Sequence record: SRR20825010_6612
Direction: 5' to 3' (one strand)
Length of the DNA stretch: 64,000 nucleotides
Made by a program: the position numbers and the translations under genes. Positions 27,451-37,021 of the stretch are shown piece by piece (position 1 is the stretch's first letter; every line of letters begins with the position of its first letter). Below the pieces are notes generated by a model. It saw nothing but the letters and a program-made list of their open reading frames with translations, searched no databases and was not told the DNA's origin.

Positions 27451-30400
27451 TTATTGCTTTACAATCTTATGGATCGTTGTTGAATTCTCAGTAGTTAAGC
27501 GAACGTAATATACACCGAACATTAGATCAACTAAATCAATTGTTGAACCTGATGTAATTGTATATACATTAACCAATTTACCTTGAGCATCTAAGAGATC
27601 AATTTGAGCACTTTCAGCGTTAAATGTTACCGTTACCTGATCCGTTGCTGGATTTGGATAAATGTTAACATCTATTTTCGAGAACTCATGAACATTTACG
27701 TTGTTAATCACAACACATGCAGAAGTATCTGAACATCCACTAGCGTTAGTTACAATTACAGCGTAAGTACCATTCGCACTTGGAGCATAGTTTTGACTTG
27801 TTGCTCCTACGATTGGCAAGTTTGTAGCACAATTAATCCATTGGTTTCCTGTAGCTGATGAAGAGCTAACTGTAGCATCTCCGTTATCAGTTGCAACCGC
27901 CGTTGGGAATGCATTGATCGTTAATGTTAACGTTACAATTGAATCACAACCTGCAGCATTTATTAATGTTGCTGTTTGAGTTCCACTTGTAGTGTATGTA
28001 GCACCAGTTGCTGACCATGTGTAAGAACCACAAGCAGTAGCCGTTTCAGATCCAGTAGTTGCATTGTTGATTGTCAACGTTAACGTTACAATTGAATCAC
28101 ATCCTGCTGCATTTACTAACGTAGCCATTTGAGTTCCACTTGCAGTATACGTTAATCCTGTAGCTGGCCATGTGTATGAACCACAAGCCGTAGCTGTTTC
28201 TGATCCAGTATTTGCGCTATTGATTGTTAAATCAAGTGTTGCGATAGAATCACATCCAGCCGCGTTAACTAAGGTTTGAGTATACATTCCAGTTGCACTG
28301 TACGTAGTACCGTCTGTCCATGTATAACTTCCACACTCAGCAATTGTTGTTGTTGATGAAGTTGGAGCAAAAATTGTCAAATCCAATGTTGCTACTGAAT
28401 CACATCCAACAGAATTCGTCAACGTTTGAGTATACATACCCGAAGCCGTGTAAGTAGTTCCATTCGTCCATGCGTATGGGTTACATTGTGCAATTGTAGT
28501 AGTCGACGTTGTTGGTGCAATAACTGTTAAGTTCAATGTTGCCACTGAATCACATCCTACAGCATTCGTCAACGTTTGTGTGTACGTTCCTGACGCAGTA
28601 TACGTTGTTCCGTTTGTCCATGTATAACTTGTACAGTTTGTAGCCGCTGTTGTAGACGTTGACGGAGCCAAAATTGTAAGGTTCAACGTAGCAATAGAAT
28701 CACATCCATTCGCGTTTACAAGCGTTTGAGTGTAAGTTCCTGAAGCAGCATACGTTGTTCCATTTGTCCATGTGTAGTTTGTACAGTTTGAAGTTGCAGT
28801 TGTTGACGAAGAAGTTGCATTTACAACAACATTCGCAGCAACTCTTGTTGGGCTTGAACAAGTTCCATTATCAGCTTGGGCATACAATACATACGTACCT
28901 GGAGTGTTCGTATTTGGTAAAACCGAAGTTCCAACTGAATTCAAAGGAGAACCAGTTCCAACGGAAGTACCTCCAGATGGTGCAGTCCACCATGAAATAG
29001 TTGAAGGATTTGGCAATGAATACGTAATCACAATCGAACCAACATTTGATCCGATTGGGAATGTACAATCTGGTCCACCAGCTACATCGTTAAAGTCATC
29101 CCAATAAAGTAGGTTCATATTACCTCCTGTTAATGGGAAACCTACTGGACTTGCAATTGTTCGAGTATAATTAAATGGTGTTCCTGCTACAGTACCAAAA
29201 CCGATAGTTCCTGTACCTTGCGCCGCAGCATTTGTATACAATCCAGACAATCCAAGTTTAACATCTGTTTGATACTCATTACCGTTAGGAATGAGACCAT
29301 TTAGATTAATTGTTACTCCTGTAATTGTGGATCCAGCTGGAATCGTTGGAACCGTAACCGAAGTAACAATATTACCCGGTGCGGCGTTCGCTTCTACTGG
29401 CTGAACTGAAACATTCAATGGCAATGTAATTGTTTGCGTAGTTGTTTGAGCTACAGTAGATGTAACATTTGCAACTAAAGCACCTTCACATACTGCCGTT
29501 CCAGTGGCTGTTGGAGTGTTTATAAGAATTGGTTGAGTAATTGTAATTGAAAGCATACTTGAAGTATACAAGTTTGCATCTCTAACAACTACCGTGTGTG
29601 TACCTGGCGTCAAATTCGTAGGAATTGGACCAAATCCACCTCCATTTACGTCGTATGAATAAGGCATTGTTCCACATGTTGAAGAAGCCAATGTAAATGA
29701 TCCATCATTTGCTCCATTACATGAAACATTCACTGGAGAAACTGTAGCAACAAATGGGTTAACTGTTACAGTCACATTTGAGATTGCAGAACATCCACCG
29801 TCAACACCTGTCAAATCATACTGATAAGTCCCTGGCATTGTTGGCGTCACTGTTTGTGAACCACCAGAAGCTGATGTCAATCCACTTCCTGCAACACCAA
29901 CCCAAGAGTACGTGTATGTTTGGTTTGGTGTAGGGTTTGTATTTGCAGCTGTTAAGTCTACCGAATTTCCGATGCAAATAGATGCAAACGAAGAACTTGC
30001 CAAAATACCATCCGCAAGTGCTACAGTTACTGTAACCGGAACTCGCACAGACTCACATCCAGTTGCTGAGTTTAACTCACTTACATAAAAAGTAGTTGTT
30101 GTAGCTACAGTTGTTAAGAATGTTGTAGAAACATCAGACTGTTGAACAGTTCCACCAGAAGCTTGATCATACCAAATAAATGTTGGCGCTGGTAATCCAG
30201 AAGTAGATGTTACAGACGCTGCAGGAATTTGCGTTCCACATTGTGCCGAGTTAGCTGCAGTTGGCGTAGCAGGTAATGGATTTACGTTAACCATGACCGT
30301 TGGAGAAGGTGAAACCACACATCCAAAAGCAGATACATTCGCTGTATATGTAGTTGTAACCGTTGGATTAACCGTTAACGGGTTTCCTGTACCAACAGTT

Positions 30401-33400
30401 GTAACTCCATCCATCCATGTTACTGAAGCTGGCGTTGGCGCAAGATTCACAGAATACTCTTCATATTCACCGTAAGAAATAGATTGTGTTGGCGATGTGA
30501 TCAATCCTTCGTTGCTGATTACTCTCATTCGAGCGAATCCCGGAGAATTAATCGCCGGTACTACAAAAGTTCCTGTTCTTGAGTGAGCTCCTGTAATAGT
30601 AGCTGGTGAAGTATAAATCAGCTCACCTGCGTCAGTAAATACACCATTACGATTATAGTCAATGTAAATAGCCATTGCATTTGGGTATGTTGCAACGTCT
30701 GAACTAGAGCTCACTGAGAAGTTATAAGTATTCCCAGCAACCAAGTTGACAGATCCAAAAGAGGTAAAGTTAGAATAACTTCCTGCTGTTCCAGTCGCTG
30801 TTCCAATTGTTCCTACCAGTGAGTTTCTAGCAGTTGAATTGTTCAACAATACTGTAGCTCCTAATGATATAGTTATATTGGCTAAATCTTCATCCGACGT
30901 TGGATTTGATATCGCAGGTGGTAAAGTATAAGTTGGTGCAGGTGCAGAAACTGGATTGAATGAAGCAGACAACATTGTTGGTGATCCTGAACAAACAGTC
31001 CCTGAAGATACCGTTGCTGTTGCTGTCATTCCAAACAAAGGCTCATCAGCATATCCCATTCCAGTATAAGAAGAAGACAATCCTAATGAGTTAGTTGCCG
31101 TAATACCCCATGTAACAGTTGCGTTTACTGGTGTTGAAGCAGGCAATGTGGCTGTCCAAGTTGATCCAGAAGTATTTGTTAACGGAATTGCTGTTTGAGG
31201 CACTCCATTAAATGCGTACACTAAGTTACCACCAACAATTGTACCGGCAGATGTTGTCAAGTTTACAGAAATCGCTCTTGATACAGTCGCGCATTGCGCA
31301 GATGCAGGAGGTGTTACACTGTTCAAAACAATAACTGGAGCAGGTGTAGTTCCTTCGAATTCGAAAGCTCCCATATCAGGCGCTGTTCCAGTTCCTAAAT
31401 ATCCACCGTTTCCAGCACGGATTACAGATGCGTAATCAGTAGTGATTAATGGTGAAGAAATATTCACCGCTCCACTTTCTGTTTGAGTTACGATTCCTGC
31501 AACTGGTCTCAAGAAATTCACGTTAGATCCAGTCAAACTAATGAAGAAAGATCCAGGAGTTCCATAAGTAAAGCCTTCACCTGTAATAGAATTAATATCT
31601 CTAGGTGCAACAGCCGATTGATAAGCCATAAGCGTTTGATATGAATTCGTTCCATCGTACATAATCAAATTAGAAGCACTTGGCGTTCCAGCAAAGAACA
31701 TGTTTCTATTCGATGCATTATTGTAAGATGTTAACGTTGTACTTGATCTTCTGTAAGCTGTCACGATTCCAGCTCCTGTAGGAACACATTCATTAATGAA
31801 AATGTTATTTGCTAACGTTAGATTTGGAGTTGTTGAGGCAGAAATCGCACTCGATCCAAACAACGCACCAGCACTGGTTCCAGAAAGGTAAACGCTATTA
31901 AAGTACAAACTTGGAGCAGTCCCTCCAGTTACGTTAATTCCATTTAATGGATTCGCAGCATTCGCATTTGGAGTTCTTAAATCGCTCAATACATTGTTAT
32001 AAGCAGAAACACTTGCTCCTCCAGAAATCAGTAATCCATTTACAACACCAGATGCATTAGAAGCTTCGAGGTCATAAATTTTGTTTCCAAAGACTTGCGT
32101 ATTAGTTGCTCCAGAAACTACAAGACCACTAATTGTGCTGGATCCCGTAGTCGCCAATGTGCGAATGGTATTTCCATTGATTCTAATTAATGTCGAAGTA
32201 TTCGAACATGATAGCCCGATAACTGTCCCACCAGTTCCTGTAGATATTAACGAAGAAATTGTATTTCCTGTAATATCGATTGTAGTTGCGTTGTTTGCGG
32301 AAGAACCGATTACAATTCCTGAAATCGAGCCTTGACCAGACAATCCATTTATAATGTTGTTCGCTACGGTTGAAGCACCTGACCAGTAATTCATGTTTAT
32401 TCCAACAATCGCACTTGTACCTCCAGAAATAGTTTGGAATTGGTTTCCTACAACTGTTTTAGTAGAACCTGTTCCACCATCGAAATTATTGATTCCAGTA
32501 AAGCTAGTTGCTCCTGTTAAAGTGATATTAGACGCGATATTGTTCAAAAAAATCGAAGAAGACCCTGAAACAGATGAACTACTCGAAGTAATAAAAACAA
32601 CTGATCCGCCTGCACCTGTTTTTGCAAAGCTAGTTACAACAGAGTTACCAGAGAACATTTGAGTAGCTCCTGAAACCATCGTGTAAGGATGCGCAATAAA
32701 AGTAACCGAACCAGTAGTGTTTACTGACATGTTCGTGAAAGTGTTGTTTACAACATTTAAAGATATAACAGGGACACCTGAACTAATAAAAGTGATTGAA
32801 CCTGTTCCCGCCACAGTGTGACCGAAGGAACTAAAATTATTCGATTCGATACTTATTGCAGAGCTATTATTCGACGTAGTTGCGTCAACAAATATTCCAT
32901 TGATTGTTCCAGAAATAACCCCAGATTGAACAGATAAATTATTATTTGAAATCGTAGTCAAAACTGCACCTGTAGGAGCATTTGTAAACGAAGGAATAAA
33001 AATCCCTCTCAGCGTACCTGATGTAACTCCACCAACTGAACTTGTTATGGTGTTATAGCGAATATTGATATTTTTAGAATTTCGCACCAACACTCCATTC
33101 ACCGTTCCTGAAACATTTGCAAATGCAGAGAATGTTCCTGTTGTACCATAGTTTGTGATGGTATTACCAGTAAGAGCACTTGTACCTCCGATATCAATTC
33201 CATCATTGTGATCAGCGGCCGCAGTTGGACCAACAACCAAAATTCCAATGTTTGTATTAGAAATCGTGTTTCCGTATACTTTCAAACCATTGTTTCCACC
33301 ACCAGCGATCGCCGTAGCAGAAGTTGTAGGAGTTGCCAATCCGTGTGTAGCGTTCACATAGATCGCGAAAGTATTTTGATACGTTCTGTTCAATGTAATA

Positions 33401-33918
33401 TCGTTCCCTTGGATCGTACAGTTTTGAGCACCATCTGAAGTAGTGTTATAAACCAAAGCAATTCCCCATTCAGTCATGTTGTTTGTTCCAGCAGTTGTGG
33501 TAGTATTCGCTGCATTTTCTCTCAAATCTAGATTACTCAATGTAATGTAATCTCCCCCAACAATTTTGAAAATTGCATCGTTCAGAGAACCAGCTACTAA
33601 AGCACTATTCGCTGTAATTATCGGTTTTGGAGTTCCAGAACTTGTAATTACAATTTGGTCGGCTAATGTACCTGTTGCTGTTATCGCATAACCGCCAACT
33701 GGTGCTGTTTCGACGTACCCTCCTGGCACATCCAATGTTACACCACCTGCTCCAACGCCCTGCGTGTTCAGATCTGTAACAAATGCCGCAATCGAAGCGT
33801 AATCAGTAGGTATCGTTTTCACCCCTGATAATTGCGCTCTCGAAATGCTTGCACAAAGGCCTATGACCGCGGTCAGTAGGGAAAACCTAAGTGCTTTCAT
33901 GTAGTAGCTACTTTTCAT
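27451..33918 (-). CDS. Large (2155 aa) T9SS type A sorting-domain surface protein: parallel beta-helix region, GEVED domain, Ig-like/SprB-like repeats, six Cys-containing repeats
   Basis: Signal peptide (start may be 33900); N/T/S/G-rich beta-helix turns; IYIDYNRNGVF...GEYEEY GEVED; C-terminal IYPNPATD...GVYYVRL...KIVKQ. Confidence 0.9.
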   Translation of the reverse strand: MKSSYYMKALRFSLLTAVIGLCASISRAQLSGVKTIPTDYASIAAFVTDLNTQGVGAGGVTLDVPGGYVETAPVGGYAITATGTLADQIVITSSGTPKPIITANSALVAGSLNDAIFKIVGGDYITLSNLDLRENAANTTTTAGTNNMTEWGIALVYNTTSDGAQNCTIQGNDITLNRTYQNTFAIYVNATHGLATPTTSATAIAGGGNNGLKVYGNTISNTNIGILVVGPTAAADHNDGIDIGGTSALTGNTITNYGTTGTFSAFANVSGTVNGVLVRNSKNINIRYNTITSSVGGVTSGTLRGIFIPSFTNAPTGAVLTTISNNNLSVQSGVISGTINGIFVDATTSNNSSAISIESNNFSSFGHTVAGTGSITFISSGVPVISLNVVNNTFTNMSVNTTGSVTFIAHPYTMVSGATQMFSGNSVVTSFAKTGAGGSVVFITSSSSSVSGSSSIFLNNIASNITLTGATSFTGINNFDGGTGSTKTVVGNQFQTISGGTSAIVGINMNYWSGASTVANNIINGLSGQGSISGIVIGSSANNATTIDITGNTISSLISTGTGGTVIGLSCSNTSTLIRINGNTIRTLATTGSSTISGLVVSGATNTQVFGNKIYDLEASNASGVVNGLLISGGASVSAYNNVLSDLRTPNANAANPLNGINVTGGTAPSLYFNSVYLSGTSAGALFGSSAISASTTPNLTLANNIFINECVPTGAGIVTAYRRSSTTLTSYNNASNRNMFFAGTPSASNLIMYDGTNSYQTLMAYQSAVAPRDINSITGEGFTYGTPGSFFISLTGSNVNFLRPVAGIVTQTESGAVNISSPLITTDYASVIRAGNGGYLGTGTAPDMGAFEFEGTTPAPVIVLNSVTPPASAQCATVSRAISVNLTTSAGTIVGGNLVYAFNGVPQTAIPLTNTSGSTWTATLPASTPVNATVTWGITATNSLGLSSSYTGMGYADEPLFGMTATATVSSGTVCSGSPTMLSASFNPVSAPAPTYTLPPAISNPTSDEDLANITISLGATVLLNNSTARNSLVGTIGTATGTAGSYSNFTSFGSVNLVAGNTYNFSVSSSSDVATYPNAMAIYIDYNRNGVFTDAGELIYTSPATITGAHSRTGTFVVPAINSPGFARMRVISNEGLITSPTQSISYGEYEEYSVNLAPTPASVTWMDGVTTVGTGNPLTVNPTVTTTYTANVSAFGCVVSPSPTVMVNVNPLPATPTAANSAQCGTQIPAASVTSTSGLPAPTFIWYDQASGGTVQQSDVSTTFLTTVATTTTFYVSELNSATGCESVRVPVTVTVALADGILASSSFASICIGNSVDLTAANTNPTPNQTYTYSWVGVAGSGLTSASGGSQTVTPTMPGTYQYDLTGVDGGCSAISNVTVTVNPFVATVSPVNVSCNGANDGSFTLASSTCGTMPYSYDVNGGGFGPIPTNLTPGTHTVVVRDANLYTSSMLSITITQPILINTPTATGTAVCEGALVANVTSTVAQTTTQTITLPLNVSVQPVEANAAPGNIVTSVTVPTIPAGSTITGVTINLNGLIPNGNEYQTDVKLGLSGLYTNAAAQGTGTIGFGTVAGTPFNYTRTIASPVGFPLTGGNMNLLYWDDFNDVAGGPDCTFPIGSNVGSIVITYSLPNPSTISWWTAPSGGTSVGTGSPLNSVGTSVLPNTNTPGTYVLYAQADNGTCSSPTRVAANVVVNATSSSTTATSNCTNYTWTNGTTYAASGTYTQTLVNANGCDSIATLNLTILAPSTSTTAATNCTSYTWTNGTTYTASGTYTQTLTNAVGCDSVATLNLTVIAPTTSTTTIAQCNPYAWTNGTTYTASGMYTQTLTNSVGCDSVATLDLTIFAPTSSTTTIAECGSYTWTDGTTYSATGMYTQTLVNAAGCDSIATLDLTINSANTGSETATACGSYTWPATGLTYTASGTQMATLVNAAGCDSIVTLTLTINNATTGSETATACGSYTWSATGATYTTSGTQTATLINAAGCDSIVTLTLTINAFPTAVATDNGDATVSSSSATGNQWINCATNLPIVGATSQNYAPSANGTYAVIVTNASGCSDTSACVVINNVNVHEFSKIDVNIYPNPATDQVTVTFNAESAQIDLLDAQGKLVNVYTITSGSTIDLVDLMFGVYYVRLTTENSTTIHKIVKQ
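27916..28821 (-). repeat. Six tandem intragenic 150-153 bp (50-51 aa) repeats
   Basis: Consensus C.SYTW..G.TYT.SG.YTQTL.NA.GCDS.ATL.LTI, six copies. Confidence 0.9.
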
Positions 33919-34309
33919 ATAAAAATGAATTTAAATTTCGGCAAAAGTGAGGATAAATTTTTTACATCCTAACAATTTTTTTTCATTCCATTAATAATTT
34001 AACATTTGACTTTTTCAACTTAATTCCTGAACCCGCATATTTCCTCAGAATCTTGAAAATGGCGTGCTCTAAATTGTTAATAACATTTCTGTAGAACACT
34101 ACGAGTCAATCGCTTAGGACAGGGTTCGCTTGTACATTAAACTTTTTCAGTTTCCACATTTAATGCACTCTAATACAGCTAGTAAGAATCATATTAATGG
34201 TAATCCCTGGCTTTTGTCAAGAAACAACAAGCAAACAAGCTTCTTAATTTCGGTTGCAACCACCGCAAATTTTCAAATTAACCGCATCTTTGCACTCATA
34301 AACTTCCTC

Positions 34310-36622
34310 ATGAAAAGTATAGCTTCCCTCCTATTCGCTCTATGGATTCTTTTTCCTCTCTCGGCACAAAATAACTTGCAGTCACATCTCCTAGATCAGG
34401 TAAACCAATTGAGAGACAGCTTAAAACTTTCTAGACTTCAATTGGATGAATTATTGAACGAAGCCGCGCTAGATCACTCGTATTACATCGCTGATAAAAA
34501 GAAACTTACTCATTTTCAAGAGACATTTTCTAAGGAAACCCCAAATGAAAGGGTACTATACTATAAAGGAAAGAGGACTTACGTGGGAGAGAATATTGCG
34601 AGTGTTCCTTTAGTGAAGAAATCGAAAGATAGTATTGATTATCAAACGGTCGCCAATGCGTTGTTCAAAACTTGGGTCAATTCCCCTGCGCATTACGAGA
34701 ATATGATTGATCCGAATTATACAAAAATGGGATTGTCGTCATGGATTTCTTCTGATAATCTACTATATAGTACTCAGGTATTTTCCTCAAATGAAATTAA
34801 ACTTCCAAAAGAGTTTAAGAACTCAGACTTCTCTTGGGGAGTTCGACCATCTGAGAAAACCTGTAAAGATGACGCGAAAGTCTACGAAACCATGTACTTT
34901 GCTAATAGTGTGATTCAAAATGGAGGTGACATTTATCTTGAATTTCACGATATGAATTTTTTCAAAAAGGTAATCGCGAATGATAATGACGGCTTGGCCA
35001 TTGATGTAGTTCTTAGGGAACAACTCCCATGTTCTAGAGAGAATCAATTTCATACTTCACTGGTATATGATGGAGAAATGCAGCGACCAATCTACAAACA
35101 TGATATTTTCCGAACGAATATCTCCAATAATCCAGGTAAGATTTTAGTGAAAATTGGAGAAGTTCCAAGTTATTTACGCAATCGGCAATGGGATGCTAAT
35201 GTTATAATAATCAATGATAATAAATTGTGTGATTATTCCGTTCCAGTTGAGATTCCAAGCGACATTTATCCCTTGCTTCCGATTTCTCCATACATTGACA
35301 CAACGGATCGTTCTGTATCTAACACACCAGAAAGAAAACTGTACATCAAAGATTCAATGCATGTCGTAATAGATTACAACCGCGCGAAAAAGGATTATTT
35401 CAACTTTAGTCAGCAAGAATTTTATCGCTTACAAACATGGGGAAACTATGTGAAAGATGTCAAAGTTCGTTGTAATTCATCGGTAGAAGGTCCATTTTGG
35501 CTGAATAAACAACTCTTGGATCGACGGGAAGAAAACGTTCTAGAAATGCTAAATGAAATCTATTTAGGCAGAGCTAGAATAAACGTTGAATCCACTGAGA
35601 ATTGGTCACAGATGCGCGAACAAATTGAGCGACATGAGTTGACTAAACTAAGAGGGAAATCTGAAGCAGAAGTGAAATATTACCTTAAATCAAACCCTTC
35701 GCCATTCTTGGATTCGTTGTTGCTCGAGCAAAGATCAACACATATCTACGCTAATATTGACACCGTCTTGCTTATCTCTGATTATGAGAACTTCTTGTTT
35801 GCAAGTCAATTTGACAATCAATTCAAGTTCGATGAACTTCCTTGGAATAAAATTCTTCGAGAAAATCACCTACTGTTAGATCACGAAATTGCACCTGAAC
35901 TCATTGATTCACTTGTAGAAAAAGAACATCTTCGGACTAATTTATTGGGAGCTGCATCCATAGGAGACACTCCTGGATACACCGATTCTCTCATTACTGA
36001 AGCTTTTTTGAAGAACCGAGTTTTCACCGACCATTTTCAGCGATTCAACTATGCCCATTTCCTCACCAAATATTGGTTTTCGCACTATTCTCGTTCATAC
36101 AGCTTAAAGAAAGTCGCAGTCACTATAACCCCTGATGAATTGCGAGAGATCGTTTCGGAACTCGACACGCTTCAAATTGCCCCAGATGATTTGGTTCGAT
36201 TGAAGATCAATATTCTTTTGTCTGGAATTCATTACTACGTAGCTCACAATAATTGGTCTCCAGTGAACGATTATTTTAACGAGATAGTTGCGTTAGTCAA
36301 GCAAGGTCATTTTAGTGCGCAAGAGGCATTAGAACTAGCCCTTTTCTGCAACTACTTTCATAAATTCGATCAATCCGTAGAGATTCTTCATGATTTCCAT
36401 GAAGCGAAAACCCTCACTGAAAATGGGTATTTCACTCTGGCTGCAACTGCAACTCTTATTCGGCATGAATTAGATAAATCGACCTATCATACCTATATGA
36501 ATTCGGCAAAATCGATTAACAAATCACGTTACTGCACTTGGCTCGACACCCAATTTCAAATCCAGCGAGATGAGTTTTTGAAGAAAGATTTTTGTAATTC
36601 TTGCACTTCAACAAAGCATTAA
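34310..36622 (+). CDS. Secreted CAP (SCP)-domain protein with large uncharacterised C-terminal region
   Basis: Signal peptide at MKSIASLL; VNQLR, LNEAALDHS, GENIA and WVNSPAHYENM CAP motifs. Confidence 0.85.
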   Translation: MKSIASLLFALWILFPLSAQNNLQSHLLDQVNQLRDSLKLSRLQLDELLNEAALDHSYYIADKKKLTHFQETFSKETPNERVLYYKGKRTYVGENIASVPLVKKSKDSIDYQTVANALFKTWVNSPAHYENMIDPNYTKMGLSSWISSDNLLYSTQVFSSNEIKLPKEFKNSDFSWGVRPSEKTCKDDAKVYETMYFANSVIQNGGDIYLEFHDMNFFKKVIANDNDGLAIDVVLREQLPCSRENQFHTSLVYDGEMQRPIYKHDIFRTNISNNPGKILVKIGEVPSYLRNRQWDANVIIINDNKLCDYSVPVEIPSDIYPLLPISPYIDTTDRSVSNTPERKLYIKDSMHVVIDYNRAKKDYFNFSQQEFYRLQTWGNYVKDVKVRCNSSVEGPFWLNKQLLDRREENVLEMLNEIYLGRARINVESTENWSQMREQIERHELTKLRGKSEAEVKYYLKSNPSPFLDSLLLEQRSTHIYANIDTVLLISDYENFLFASQFDNQFKFDELPWNKILRENHLLLDHEIAPELIDSLVEKEHLRTNLLGAASIGDTPGYTDSLITEAFLKNRVFTDHFQRFNYAHFLTKYWFSHYSRSYSLKKVAVTITPDELREIVSELDTLQIAPDDLVRLKINILLSGIHYYVAHNNWSPVNDYFNEIVALVKQGHFSAQEALELALFCNYFHKFDQSVEILHDFHEAKTLTENGYFTLAATATLIRHELDKSTYHTYMNSAKSINKSRYCTWLDTQFQIQRDEFLKKDFCNSCTSTKH

Positions 36623-36651
36623 AAAAGCGGTAACCTTTCGATCACCGCTTT
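36621..36651. terminator. Hairpin between convergent genes, probable terminator
   Basis: aaagcggt...accgcttt stem with A6 on the left. Confidence 0.7.
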
Positions 36652-36669
36652 CCTATTTGTTTTTAAATC

Positions 36670-37011
36670 CTACTTGATTCTTACGACCTCATCAATCAGT
36701 GCTGGTTGTCCTTTCAAACAATCCGTTTGCTGAATGCGCGATGGTCGATACTTGATCATTAGAATTGCGCCATTCTCTTTGAACTCATCCGCTAAATCGA
36801 CAGGGTAAAGCAATTGCTTTTCTCCATCTATTTGAACTTCGAGTAAAATTGCGCAGCCATCAGCTTTGTACTTATCTGTTACGACTGCTTTAACTCCGCC
36901 TTCCATTTCGGCTATTTCTTCTGCCTTATCTTCACAAGAAGACGACATTAAGATTACACCGAATAATGCAAAGCACGCTGTTACTAATATATTTTTGGTT
37001 TGTCTGATCAT
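36670..37011 (-). CDS. Hypothetical small lipoprotein
   Basis: Lipobox SSSC-EDK; DGC..LL...L.PV.L motif and a second Cys near the C-terminus. Start placed at MIRQTK. Confidence 0.75.
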   Translation of the reverse strand: MIRQTKNILVTACFALFGVILMSSSCEDKAEEIAEMEGGVKAVVTDKYKADGCAILLEVQIDGEKQLLYPVDLADEFKENGAILMIKYRPSRIQQTDCLKGQPALIDEVVRIK

Positions 37012-37021
37012 TTTTTTAATC

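Noticed and set aside
33919-34309. Structured ncRNA in the 390-bp divergent intergenic region, and the 60-codon N-terminal extension of the 34130 ORF
   Set aside because: Only a short gaaccc/gggttc complementarity is present. The signal peptide begins at the ATG at 34310, so the extension is probably not translated.
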